Source: Candidatus Latescibacterota bacterium (lineage in GTDB: Bacteria > Latescibacterota > UBA2968 > UBA8231). From it: a stretch of DNA of 64,000 bases. The stretch is taken from contig OZ242318.1 in NCBI GenBank assembly GCA_965208105.1, positions 384,001 through 448,000 of the forward strand. The letters run 5' to 3'. A program made the position numbers and the translations under genes. Positions 1 through 9,142 of the stretch are shown here, piece after piece; position 1 is the stretch's first letter; each line of letters starts with the position of its first letter. The notes beneath the pieces are model-generated. The model was not told the DNA's origin. It was given only the letters and a program-made list of their open reading frames with translations, and did not search any database.

Positions 1-351
1 AACTACCCTGTTCTCTTCATTTCAGGGCTCAAGGGCAGGCATGCCCTCAAGTGCCTCGAGCGCGCGGCCCAGGTATTTGAGAATCGCCGCAGCAGAATAC
101 CTACCTCAAGGTTGAACAAGTTCATACAAAAACTGAATGGCCACTGTTCTCATACACCGGTTGGAACCCCATTGAGGTTGTTGTTCGCGACCCAACATGC
201 GGTTGCTCCACCGACCTTCGTGGTTTTTTCCAATCGACCCGATCTTGTTTCGAGTTCCTACAGGCGGTTCATTGAAAATAACTTGCGACAGAATTTCAAT
301 TTTGAGGGAACCCCTGTCCGTATTCATTGGCGCAGAAAGGCAGGCGGATGA
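1..351 (+). CDS. der: Ribosome biogenesis GTPase Der (EngA), C-terminal part (5' truncated by window edge)
   Basis: Frame 1 is open from base 1: NYPVLFISGLKG...ATQHAVAPPTFVVFSNRPDLVSSSYRRFIENNLRQNFNFEGTPVRI, the KH-like C-terminal domain of Der. Confidence 0.9.
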   Translation, partial: NYPVLFISGLKGRHALKCLERAAQVFENRRSRIPTSRLNKFIQKLNGHCSHTPVGTPLRLLFATQHAVAPPTFVVFSNRPDLVSSSYRRFIENNLRQNFNFEGTPVRIHWRRKAGG

Positions 352-381
352 TCTCCAAATTGGCAATCCTGGAGTCTCCTC

Positions 382-867
382 GTGAAAAATTTATTCAGGA
401 ATAAGCTCTATTACAGCATAAGCGAGGTCGCCGAGTTGACGAACCTGCAGCCTTACACCCTCAGGTCCTGGGAGAAGGAATTTTCTTGCCTGCGTCCGCG
501 CCGTGTACGGGGGAAGAACCGCGCTTATCGCCAACGTGATATTTGTATCGTCCTGATGATCAAGCGGCTGCTCCACGAGGAGCGCTATACAATTCAAGGG
601 GTCAGGCAAAAGATCAAGAGCGAGCCCGAACTATTGCGACATGTGGTTGAAAATTTTTCAATCCAGCGGCAGGTCAATAAGCCCGGAGGCATGCGGGCTC
701 CAAACCCACCATCTACTCCGGCCGGCATCAATGGGCCTTCGCCGGTGGAGAAGGAAGAGAAGAGCACCGAACCTTCGGTTCAAGTAAAAGGGCAAAATCA
801 GAAGAAGGCCATGGAGGTGATCAGGATGACGCGAAATGAGCTGTATGACATACTGGAACTTTTATAA
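382..867 (+). CDS. MerR-family HTH transcriptional regulator
   Basis: KLYYSISEVAELTNLQPYTLRSWEKEF...GKNRAYR...LLHEERYTIQG, a MerR HTH pattern; low-complexity middle region. Confidence 0.85.
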   Translation: MKNLFRNKLYYSISEVAELTNLQPYTLRSWEKEFSCLRPRRVRGKNRAYRQRDICIVLMIKRLLHEERYTIQGVRQKIKSEPELLRHVVENFSIQRQVNKPGGMRAPNPPSTPAGINGPSPVEKEEKSTEPSVQVKGQNQKKAMEVIRMTRNELYDILELL

Positions 868-923
868 ATCATTGGCACAAAATTCTTTATGAGAAATACC
901 TTATAATTTTTTGTAAATAAATC

Positions 924-952
924 TTGCTTAATTCAAGAGATTGGTATATTTT
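924..952 (+). promoter_or_regulatory. Putative sigma70 promoter of the rimP-nusA-infB operon
   Basis: AT-rich intergenic region; TTGCTT (924-929) followed by TGG-TATATT (942-950) or TATTTT at 17-bp spacing. Confidence 0.4.
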
Positions 953-961
953 CGTTAGTAT

Positions 962-1456
962 ATGCCAGGGGTTAGTTATCCTCCACGAGGAATGGAAAGC
1001 TTCGGATCCGGAAATCTCGACCTGAGGGAAAGACTTTCCCGGCTTTTATTGCCTGTTGTAGAGAGAAGTGGCGCCACATTGGTCGATTTGGAGCTGGGCG
1101 GTTCGGCAGGAAATATGACGATTCGGTTGCTCGTGCATAAGGACCCCGCCACTTCAGTCGATCTATGCCAGGCCATAAGCCTTGGTGCAGGAGAGATTCT
1201 CGATGCCGAGGACCCGATCCCCGGGCACTATCGGCTCGAAGTCACTTCTCCGGGTTTATCCCGTTCTCTGCGTACTGACCAGGATTTTGGCCGTGCTTCC
1301 TCAAGGCGATTGAAGGTGGTCATGTCTTCCGGAAAGACATTCCACGGTCGGCTGCTGGAGTTTGGGAGTGACTATATTTCTCTGGAGAGTAAAGCAGGTA
1401 CCCGAAAGCTGACTCGTGGCGAAATTGCCAGAGCAACTATCCAGGCAGAGCTATAG
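962..1456 (+). CDS. rimP: Ribosome maturation factor RimP
   Basis: DPIPGHYRLEVTSPGLSRSL motif; first gene ahead of nusA-infB. Confidence 0.92.
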   Translation: MPGVSYPPRGMESFGSGNLDLRERLSRLLLPVVERSGATLVDLELGGSAGNMTIRLLVHKDPATSVDLCQAISLGAGEILDAEDPIPGHYRLEVTSPGLSRSLRTDQDFGRASSRRLKVVMSSGKTFHGRLLEFGSDYISLESKAGTRKLTRGEIARATIQAEL

Positions 1457-1500
1457 CCCCAAGGCCAGGGGCAAAACCAAACCTGATCTGATGAATAACG

Positions 1501-3012
1501 ATGAATAACTTTAATGTGCTGGAAGCATTGAGCCAGATTGCCCGTGAGAAGAATGTCGATCGTGATCTGGTGGTGCAGACTTTGGCGGAGGCTTTGATTT
1601 CTGCCGCCAAGCGGCGTTATGGAAATACAGATAATTTCGAGGTGAAGATCGATTCTGCCTCTGGACAAATGGAAGTTGTAGCACGCAAAATCGTAGTGGA
1701 GGAGATAAACGAGCCCAGCTTGGAAATCACCCTCCCGGAGGCTCTGGAACTCGATGCTGAAGCCCAGCTTGGCTCCGAGGTTGTTGAACGATTGGATTTT
1801 ACTGACTTCGGACGCAACGCCATTCAGACTGCCAAACAAATTCTTATTCAGCGGGTGCGAGAGGCCGAAAGAGAATACATCTATACTCAGTTTAGCGGGC
1901 GCAGCGGCCAAATAGAATCTGGGATCGTTCAACAAATAAGCAGAGGTGACATTATCCTGAATCTGGGAAGGGCTGAAGCGGCCATCCCATACAAAGAGCA
2001 GATTCGCCGCGAGCGCTATCGCCAGGGAGATGCGGTCCGGGGTTACATTTATGAGGTGCTGAGGTCGAGCCGCGGTCCTCAGGTCTTGCTCTCGCGAACC
2101 CACCCTGAATTTTTGCGAAAGCTGTTTGCAATTGAAGTGCCCGAGATCTCGGAGGGCATCGTAGAGATTCACGCGGTCTCCCGCGAGCCGGGAGAACGCG
2201 CCAAGATCGCAGTGAGTTCAAGTGACGAGCGGGTAGATCCCGTCGGGGCGTGCGTGGGGGTGAAAGGGTCTCGAGTTCAGGCAGTGGTGCGCGAGTTGAG
2301 CGGCGAGCGCATAGATATCGTTCCCTGGAGCGAAGAACCTGAAGTTTTCGTTTCCAGGGCACTGAGTCCTGCGGTCGTTTCAAGGGTGATCGTCGACCAC
2401 AGGCGTCACCATGCAACCGTCATCGTCGATGGGAGTCAGCTTTCCCTCGCCATTGGCAAGTCGGGACAAAATTCCAGACTGGCAGTTCAGCTTACGGGTT
2501 GGGGGCTTGACATAATCACGGAAGAAGAGTATCAGGAGCGGCGTGCCCAGATTGAAGCAAGTCAGCAGCAGCTCCGGTCACTCACAGGGGTCAGCGAGTT
2601 GATTGCCCTCAGCCTCGCCACCTCTGGATTTACATCGATCCGCTCGATAGCGGAGTCGGACCTGCAGCTGTTGCAAACTGTCCCCGGATTGGAAAGCGAG
2701 GAAGTGGCGAAAGGGTTGAAGGAAACGGCCGAGGTTTTCGTCTCCGAGCACGGAGACGAGGAACCGGAGAAGGGCGCCACGGCAGCAGCACCGGAGGATT
2801 CCGGTTCGGATTTGAGCACGGCCGGACCCGATTCGAGTATTATTGGAAAAGATGATGAAGTCAGCGCGAATCCCCAGCCCCTTACCCAGATACAGGGAAG
2901 CTCGGAGGTGGTTACCGGGGAAGTTTGCGAAAGTGAACTTGAAGGGCCGTTAGATAAGGCAATCGCCGAAAAGCAGGGCGAACCGTCCGTAGATCCGTCC
3001 GTAGAAGATTGA
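1501..3012 (+). CDS. nusA: Transcription termination/antitermination factor NusA
   Basis: FGRNAIQTAKQ, REPGERAKIAV, DPVGACVGVKGSRVQ, LAIGKSGQN; acidic disordered C-terminal tail. Confidence 0.97.
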   Translation: MNNFNVLEALSQIAREKNVDRDLVVQTLAEALISAAKRRYGNTDNFEVKIDSASGQMEVVARKIVVEEINEPSLEITLPEALELDAEAQLGSEVVERLDFTDFGRNAIQTAKQILIQRVREAEREYIYTQFSGRSGQIESGIVQQISRGDIILNLGRAEAAIPYKEQIRRERYRQGDAVRGYIYEVLRSSRGPQVLLSRTHPEFLRKLFAIEVPEISEGIVEIHAVSREPGERAKIAVSSSDERVDPVGACVGVKGSRVQAVVRELSGERIDIVPWSEEPEVFVSRALSPAVVSRVIVDHRRHHATVIVDGSQLSLAIGKSGQNSRLAVQLTGWGLDIITEEEYQERRAQIEASQQQLRSLTGVSELIALSLATSGFTSIRSIAESDLQLLQTVPGLESEEVAKGLKETAEVFVSEHGDEEPEKGATAAAPEDSGSDLSTAGPDSSIIGKDDEVSANPQPLTQIQGSSEVVTGEVCESELEGPLDKAIAEKQGEPSVDPSVED

Positions 3013-3072
3013 ATTTTTCCCAAGACGCGAACTTGCGTCTGCACTTCCCCCCGTTGGCAAGGGAGACTGTCC

Positions 3073-5487
3073 TTGGAAAAGCGCAGGGTATATCAGGTCG
3101 CCAGAGAGCAGAAGCTATCCAGCGACGCCCTGATTTCCATCCTCAAGGGTATGGGGCATGAAGTCAAGAGCCACATGAGCGTGGTAACTGATGAGATGCT
3201 CGAGGCGATTACCCTCAAAATCGAAAAAGAGAAAAAGAGTTCGATTGAAGAGGTAAAACGGCAAAAGGCCAAGGAGGAGAGTCGCAAGAAAGCCCAGGCA
3301 AGCGAAGCTACGACCCGCCGGCGGGGAGAAGCGCAGGCGAAGGCATCGCGACGACAGACCGGGTCGCCCGGTGGTGGTCGCAGTTCAGCACCCTGGAATT
3401 TGGCTTCCAACGTACCCTTTCCGGTAAAAGACGACGAAGAAAGGAAGCGGACCCGGCGTCGAAACAAGCGCCCAGGAGATCCCGTCGATGAAGGCCGCGA
3501 TAAAGGAGCTGCCCCGGGGAAAGAAGAAATCAAGGATGGTGAAGCCGGCGGCAGATGGCGCGGAAGGCGAGGCAAACGTCGCCGCCTGGTTGATTCCAGG
3601 ACCATACAGGACAACGTCCGAAAAACCCTTTCACAGCTCAGCGAAGGTCGCACTCGCCGGCGATACGACAGGTCGCGAAAGGAGGATGGCGAGGAAGACT
3701 TCGAGGCCCAGAAACAGCTGACCGTAAGTGAATTTATAACTGTCGCCGATCTCGCGGAACAGATGGGAGTCAAGCCGACCGAAGTAATTGCTGCATGCTT
3801 GGAACTGGGCTTGATGGCAACGATCAATCAGCGGCTTGACATGAGCACGATTGCCACCGTAGCAGACGAATTCGGTTACGAGGTCAAACCCCTTGACGCG
3901 CACGAAGATGCCATGGTTTTCGAGGAGGTGGAAGACGAAGAAGAGAGCGGGGAAACCGAACCGCGCCCTCCTGTTGTGACGGTAATGGGCCACGTTGATC
4001 ACGGCAAAACTTCCCTGTTGGACCATCTCCGGAAATCCAATGTTGTCGCCGGCGAATCCGGAGGGATCACCCAGCACATAGGGGCATATGTCGTGCATTT
4101 GCCCGACGGCCGCCGCATCACCTTTCTGGATACGCCCGGCCACGCGGCTTTTACCGCCATGCGGGCCCGGGGAGCCCGTGTCACCGACCTTGTAATTCTG
4201 GTGGCTGCCGCCGATGATCAAGTTATGCCTCAGACCATTGAAGCTATCGATCATTCAAAAGCCGCCCAGGTGCCAATGGTCGTGGCGATCAACAAGGTTG
4301 ATCTGCCCACCGCGGACCCAGACCGGATCAAGCGGCAGTTGGCCGAGCGGGACGTGCTGGTTGAGGAATGGGGTGGCAAGGTACCCAGCTCGGAGGTTTC
4401 CGCCATGACGGGGGCTGGGATCGAAAGGCTGCTCGAGTTGGTCCTGCTTGAGGCAGAATTACTGGAGTTGCGGGCAAACCCGAACAAGCGGGCGAGCGGG
4501 ACCATCATTGAAGCAAAGCTGGACAAGGGACGGGGACCGGTGGCTACGGTGCTGGTGCAAAAGGGCACCTTGAGAAAAGGAGATCCTTTCATAACCGGTG
4601 TGTTCCACGGTCGCGTGCGGGCATTGCAGGATGAAAACGGGAAGAACATCGAGGAGGCGACGCCATCAATTCCCGTCCAGGTTCTCGGATTGACCGGAGT
4701 CCCTCAGGCGGGAGACCGTTTCGAGGTAACCGCCGCAGAACGCGATGCCAGAGAGGTCAGCCAGAAGCGTCAGCAATTAAAAAGGGAGCAGGATTACCGC
4801 AATATCCACAATGTAAGTTTGAGTGACCTCCATTATCAGATCCAGCAAGGGCAGATCAAGGAACTCAAGGTGATCGTTAAGGGCGATGTGGACGGTTCCG
4901 TAGAAGCAATCACCCAGGAATTGGGCGGAATCGCTCATGAGGAAGTCCGCGTTGCGGTGATTCACAGTGGGGTTGGAGTAATCACCGAGACCGATGTCCT
5001 CCTGGCGTCTGCATCAAATGCCATAATTATCGGATTCCGGGTAAACATGGAGGCAACCGCTCGGGACATGGCCCTCAAAAACCACGTTGAAATTCGCCAT
5101 TACAAAGTCATCTACGAAGTGATCGAAGAGATAAGAGCAGCATTGTCCGGCCTTCTGGCTCCGGTCCTGGAGGAGCATGTTGTGGGAACCGCTCAAGTGA
5201 GGCAGGTCTTCACCTCCTCTCGCGTCGGCACCGTTGCCGGCTGTGTTGTTCAAAACGGTAGAATCTCCCGCAACAATCGCGTGCGGGTTGTGCGCGGAGG
5301 TGAGGTTGTCTTCACAGGCGATATGGCTTCGCTTCGACGTTTCAAGGACGATGTGCGGGAGGTGTTGGAAGGATTTGAATGCGGCATTGGAGTTGAAGGC
5401 TTCAGCGATATCCAGCAAGAGGATGTAATCGAGGTCCTTGAAGTCGTAGAAACCATCCGCAGTTTGGATGATAGCCAGGCCAGGTAA
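3073..5487 (+). CDS. infB: Translation initiation factor IF-2
   Basis: [38 protein letters not shown]. Confidence 0.98.
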   Translation: MEKRRVYQVAREQKLSSDALISILKGMGHEVKSHMSVVTDEMLEAITLKIEKEKKSSIEEVKRQKAKEESRKKAQASEATTRRRGEAQAKASRRQTGSPGGGRSSAPWNLASNVPFPVKDDEERKRTRRRNKRPGDPVDEGRDKGAAPGKEEIKDGEAGGRWRGRRGKRRRLVDSRTIQDNVRKTLSQLSEGRTRRRYDRSRKEDGEEDFEAQKQLTVSEFITVADLAEQMGVKPTEVIAACLELGLMATINQRLDMSTIATVADEFGYEVKPLDAHEDAMVFEEVEDEEESGETEPRPPVVTVMGHVDHGKTSLLDHLRKSNVVAGESGGITQHIGAYVVHLPDGRRITFLDTPGHAAFTAMRARGARVTDLVILVAAADDQVMPQTIEAIDHSKAAQVPMVVAINKVDLPTADPDRIKRQLAERDVLVEEWGGKVPSSEVSAMTGAGIERLLELVLLEAELLELRANPNKRASGTIIEAKLDKGRGPVATVLVQKGTLRKGDPFITGVFHGRVRALQDENGKNIEEATPSIPVQVLGLTGVPQAGDRFEVTAAERDAREVSQKRQQLKREQDYRNIHNVSLSDLHYQIQQGQIKELKVIVKGDVDGSVEAITQELGGIAHEEVRVAVIHSGVGVITETDVLLASASNAIIIGFRVNMEATARDMALKNHVEIRHYKVIYEVIEEIRAALSGLLAPVLEEHVVGTAQVRQVFTSSRVGTVAGCVVQNGRISRNNRVRVVRGGEVVFTGDMASLRRFKDDVREVLEGFECGIGVEGFSDIQQEDVIEVLEVVETIRSLDDSQAR

Positions 5488-5490
5488 ACG

Positions 5491-5772
5491 TTGGTCCTGC
5501 TGACGTGTCAGATACAGATCTACCTGCCCGAAAGCGGATCTCTCAAGAACAAGCGGCAAATCGTCAAGAGTTTGAAGGAACGGATCCGCAATCGATTCAA
5601 TGTGTCCGTGGCGGAAATTGATCAGGCCCAACTGTGGCAGCGCAGTACTCTGGGAGTGGCCACCGTCAGCACCGCCTTCCAACATGCCAATGAGGTCCTT
5701 TCGAAAGCGGTAAAATTTGTCGAACGAGACGGCCGGGTTCAGTTACTTGATTATTCCATTGAGCCCCACTGA
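5491..5772 (+). CDS. DUF503 (YlxP-like) protein
   Basis: SLKNKRQIVKSL...RFNVSVAEID..LWQR..LGVA; usual position between infB and rbfA. Confidence 0.88.
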   Translation: MVLLTCQIQIYLPESGSLKNKRQIVKSLKERIRNRFNVSVAEIDQAQLWQRSTLGVATVSTAFQHANEVLSKAVKFVERDGRVQLLDYSIEPH

Positions 5773-5778
5773 GAATTC

Positions 5779-6123
5779 ATGGGATCTCCGTACCGGGTGA
5801 ACCGCGTTCGCGAGTTGCTGCATCGCGAACTCAGCGATATTGTTCAGGGTCTCAAGGATCCGCGTACCCGCCTGGTAACTGTTGTTGATACGGAGATTAC
5901 CAGGGATTTGCGGCACGCAAAGATGTATGTCAGCCTTTTCGGTACTTGCGAAGAGCAAGAAGATGCCATGAGAGGTTTGTCAAGGGCGTTGGGCTTCATT
6001 CGAAGAGAGGTCTCCCGGCGGGTGAAGTTGAAATACACTCCCGAAATCCAGGTGATCTACGATGATACCGCAGAAAGGGCTTCGCGTATTTCAGCCATGG
6101 TTGATGGGTTCGAAAAAGCCTGA
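5779..6123 (+). CDS. rbfA: 30S ribosome-binding factor RbfA
   Basis: R..RV.ELL.RELS, KDPR, DLRHAKMYVS, LKYTPEI..YD. Confidence 0.95.
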   Translation: MGSPYRVNRVRELLHRELSDIVQGLKDPRTRLVTVVDTEITRDLRHAKMYVSLFGTCEEQEDAMRGLSRALGFIRREVSRRVKLKYTPEIQVIYDDTAERASRISAMVDGFEKA

Positions 6124-7023
6124 ATGAGGGATCGAAAGTACGATGGCCTGCTTGTGGTAGACAAGGAGCCGGGGCCTACATCTCACGATGTAGTTGCGAT
6201 GATACGACGCATAACCCGTATGCGCCGAATCGGACATTGCGGCACCTTGGATCCATCCTCCACGGGTGTTTTGCTGGTTTGCCTGGGCCGGTTCACGCGG
6301 CTGAACGAGTGGTTAAGTGCAGGCGAAAAGGAATACCGGGCAGTTCTTATGCTCGGTGCGGTCAGCGATACTTACGACTCCCAGGGCAGCATCTCCTCTA
6401 TGGGCGAGGTTGAAGTTCCCGAAGTCGACACTTTGCGGGATAGATTGCAAGAATTCAAGGGTGCCATCGAACAAATCCCTCCAGTATTCTCCGCTCTCAA
6501 AGTTCACGGCGTTCGCAGCTACAAGCTGGCCAGAAGCAACCGGGCGGTTCCCTTGAAGCCTCGGCAGGTCCACGTCGCGGCCATCGAGATAATCGAATAC
6601 GAATTCCCCCAGCTCGTATTACGCGTGGTTTGCTCTAAGGGGACGTATATACGATCTTTGGCTGCCGACCTCGGGACAAGGCTTGGTTGTGGAGCCTATG
6701 TGCAGGAACTGCGTCGTTTGCGAGTGGGAAACCTCGACTTGAGCAGGGCATTGAAGCTAGACGGGATAAGGGATGCGGAGATGGAAGGAAGACTGGAGCA
6801 GAGTTTTATTCCTCCGCACCAGGCGCTGAGTGGGTTGCCCAGTGTGCACCTCGAGCCCAGGCGCCTCATGTCTTTCGTCCATGGCCATTCCGTTCATTTG
6901 AGCCAGGCAGATGCGCACAAGGGACAGATTTGTGCCGTCTACGACCTGGAACAGGGGTTTTACGGAATGGGAAGGCGCGAGGGGGAGGAAGAATTGAGAC
7001 CTGTCAAGGTTTTGCGCAACTGA
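6124..7023 (+). CDS. truB: tRNA pseudouridine(55) synthase TruB
   Basis: DKEPGPTSHDVV, GHCGTLDP, CSKGTYIRSLAADLG. Confidence 0.96.
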   Translation: MRDRKYDGLLVVDKEPGPTSHDVVAMIRRITRMRRIGHCGTLDPSSTGVLLVCLGRFTRLNEWLSAGEKEYRAVLMLGAVSDTYDSQGSISSMGEVEVPEVDTLRDRLQEFKGAIEQIPPVFSALKVHGVRSYKLARSNRAVPLKPRQVHVAAIEIIEYEFPQLVLRVVCSKGTYIRSLAADLGTRLGCGAYVQELRRLRVGNLDLSRALKLDGIRDAEMEGRLEQSFIPPHQALSGLPSVHLEPRRLMSFVHGHSVHLSQADAHKGQICAVYDLEQGFYGMGRREGEEELRPVKVLRN

Positions 7024-7053
7024 TCCCCTGTCTAATGGAAGTGGAGAATCGAG

Positions 7054-7479
7054 GTGGGTTCTTGTGGTGCAGGAGACGGGATAATCGGGTGCGAACCTGT
7101 GAGGTTCTCGGGGGTCGTTTGCCCGGGAATGGCACGTGGACGAACCCTTGGATATCCTACCGCAAACCTGAAGGTTGGAGTCCAAAAGAAGAAAGCGCTC
7201 GCTCGTGGCGTATACGCGGGGTGGGTGATGTGGGAAGGAGGACCGCGTCGAGGCGCCCTGGTCAACATCGGGATGCGACCCACATTCGGCGGGCAGGGCC
7301 TTTCAATTGAACTTCATATTCTGGATTTTTCCGGCGATTTGTACGGGAAAACCCTGGAGGTCGAATTGGTAAAGCGCTTGCGCGACGAAAAGTTTTTTGA
7401 AGAAATTGAGGCACTCGTAAGGCAAATCGGGTTGGACATAAAGCAGGCACAACTTTTTTTGGCAGACAATGCCATTTAA
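7054..7479 (+). CDS. Monofunctional riboflavin kinase (RibF C-terminal domain only)
   Basis: GRTLGYPTANL, NIGMRPTF, ELHILDFSGDLYG, RLRDEKFF; no N-terminal FMN adenylyltransferase domain and only 30 bp from the truB stop. Confidence 0.88.
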   Translation: MGSCGAGDGIIGCEPVRFSGVVCPGMARGRTLGYPTANLKVGVQKKKALARGVYAGWVMWEGGPRRGALVNIGMRPTFGGQGLSIELHILDFSGDLYGKTLEVELVKRLRDEKFFEEIEALVRQIGLDIKQAQLFLADNAI

Positions 7480-7499
7480 TTTGATGGAGGGAAAAGAAA

Positions 7500-7769
7500 T
7501 TGGCCATCACAACCGAGAAAAAGAAAAAACTGATAGGCCAATACGGCCGTGACGAGGTGGATACAGGGTCTGCGGCCACGCAGATTGCGATCTTGACCGA
7601 GCACATAAGCAATTTGACAGCGCACTTGAAGAGGCATAAGAAGGATTTTGGATCCCGTCGAGGCCTGCTGAGGCTTATCGGAAGGAGGCGGCGTCTACAG
7701 AATTATCTCCGACGGGCAAACTCCGATGAGTATGCCGAGCTGATAAAAAACCTCGGCCTCAGGCGCTAG
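7500..7769 (+). CDS. rpsO: 30S ribosomal protein S15
   Basis: DTGSAATQIAILT..I..LT.HL..HKKDF.SRRGLL; TTG start with GGAGG upstream. Confidence 0.97.
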   Translation: MAITTEKKKKLIGQYGRDEVDTGSAATQIAILTEHISNLTAHLKRHKKDFGSRRGLLRLIGRRRRLQNYLRRANSDEYAELIKNLGLRR

Positions 7770-8924
7770 TGCGCTGTTAAAGAGTGGGCATTGAATTTTG
7801 TATTTTGGCGAGCTTGGCATCGTCCTGGTTTCGATTTCTCCATACGAGGTATTCCTGCATGCGCTGGCCGATGTCTCGATGGTCCCTTGGGTCGCTGTTC
7901 TTGATGACGAAGTAGTGGGCGGCGGTCAGATGGCATTCGAGACGGTTCATCCAGGAGGCGTTGGTAGCGGTGAAGACGAGGGAGACTCGATGCTGCCGAC
8001 ACCATTGCCGAATCTTTGGGGTCGCGTGCGTCGACAAATTGTCCAGAACGAGGTAGATGCGTTGGGCCTTGCGGTAGCGGTGCCGGATGGCCTTGAGGAA
8101 AGTGAGCACCTCCGAGGCGTGCTTCTTTCGCTTGTGATGCATCCACAGGACGTCCTCGTGGACGTTGTAGGCGCCGAAGAAATAGCTGACCCCGGCGTGC
8201 CGGGTGTAGGTGGCTCGGTGCCGCACCGGGTGCTTCTGCGGCGCCCAGGAGGAGCCGGCATGGGGCTTGATCTGCACGGGCCCCATTTCGTCGAAGCAGA
8301 CTACGACCGAGTCCTTCGGCGCACGCCGGTAGAGGCGGTCGATGCGTTTTTTTTCGAGGAGAAATCCGGATCCTTCGACTCCTTCCAGGTGCGGGTACGT
8401 TGGTAGGTGACCTTATGCCGGTCCAAGACCTTGGCGATGGTCACGTGCGAGACCTTGGGGATCATCTTGCGCCCGACCAGACAGTCGGTCAGCTTGCGCA
8501 GCGACCACTGGTTGAAGGGTTGGCCGAAAGCCCGAGGGGGCATCTTGGCGATCTCCACCACCACGGACTCGTCTTCGGGCGTCAGCGCTGGGGTGCGCCC
8601 CGGGTGGGCTCGCGTGCGAAGCGACGCCAGCCCTTCCTCGTTGTATCGTCGGACCAGGGAGCGGATGTATTCCTCGTGCAGATGCAGCGTCGCCGACAGC
8701 TCCTGGACCCGCATACCCTGGGCACTGAGGGAGATCAATTGCCCTCGTCGCATCTGTACGGCATTGCGTGGCCGCTTCAGCCATCGGCCCAGTTCTTTCG
8801 ATTCGGCAGCATCCGGTGTTCGAGCATGGAGGCACATGGCAGGACCCTCCCAGAAAAATGGACATATGTCCCCATGATACCAACATGTACGAAAAAGTAC
8901 AAGCCTGAATCCTTAACAGAGCAC
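7769..8924 (-). mobile_element. IS630-family insertion sequence (1156 bp)
   Basis: Imperfect terminal inverted repeats GTGCGCTGTTAAAGAGT (7769-) and GTGCTCTGTTAAGGATT (reverse complement, -8924); flanked by TA at 7767-68 and 8925-26 in CTAG context; two transposase ORFs. Confidence 0.92.
7777..8837 (-). CDS. IS630 transposase, ORF A (8301-8837, HTH) joined to ORF B (DDE) by a predicted -1 frameshift
   Basis: ORF A has HPGRTP..., WSLRKL and TYQRTRTWKESKDPDF; the A8 run at 8347-8354 shifts -1 into KKRIDRLYRRAPKDSVVVCFDEMGP...LVLDNLSTH...ASWMNRLE. Confidence 0.9.
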
Positions 8925-8926
8925 TA

Positions 8927-9088
8927 GTGTCCCGTCGCAGAGATAGGTTGACGCAATTGGGCCGCCGAGGCGCCCGGCTCACAAGGCGCCAGAGCGAGTC
9001 GTACCAGTGGTGTACGGCGAGTGAAGGTAACGCCGTGAGCCGGAATGGATCGGCGGAATAATGGCGACCTATTTCTGCGACGGGACAC
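8927..9088. mobile_element. MITE-like 162-bp inverted-repeat element
   Basis: 22-bp TIRs GTGTCCCGTCGCAGAGATAGGT and ACCTATTTCTGCGACGGGACAC (1 mismatch); TA on both sides (8925-26, 9089-90); nested internal inverted repeats; no credible ORF. Confidence 0.85.
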
Positions 9089-9142
9089 TAGGGTTGATGC
9101 CTTCATTGTTCGCTGGTTCTTTCACAATTTAACAGAAAGAGT

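Noticed and set aside
868-961. Possible tRNA between merR and rimP
   Set aside because: The region is AT-rich and promoter-like, with no cloverleaf or T-loop motif.
8924-9106. Short ORFs ending QPISATGH here and at 23480-23689
   Set aside because: The similarity comes from the shared MITE DNA, not from a conserved protein.
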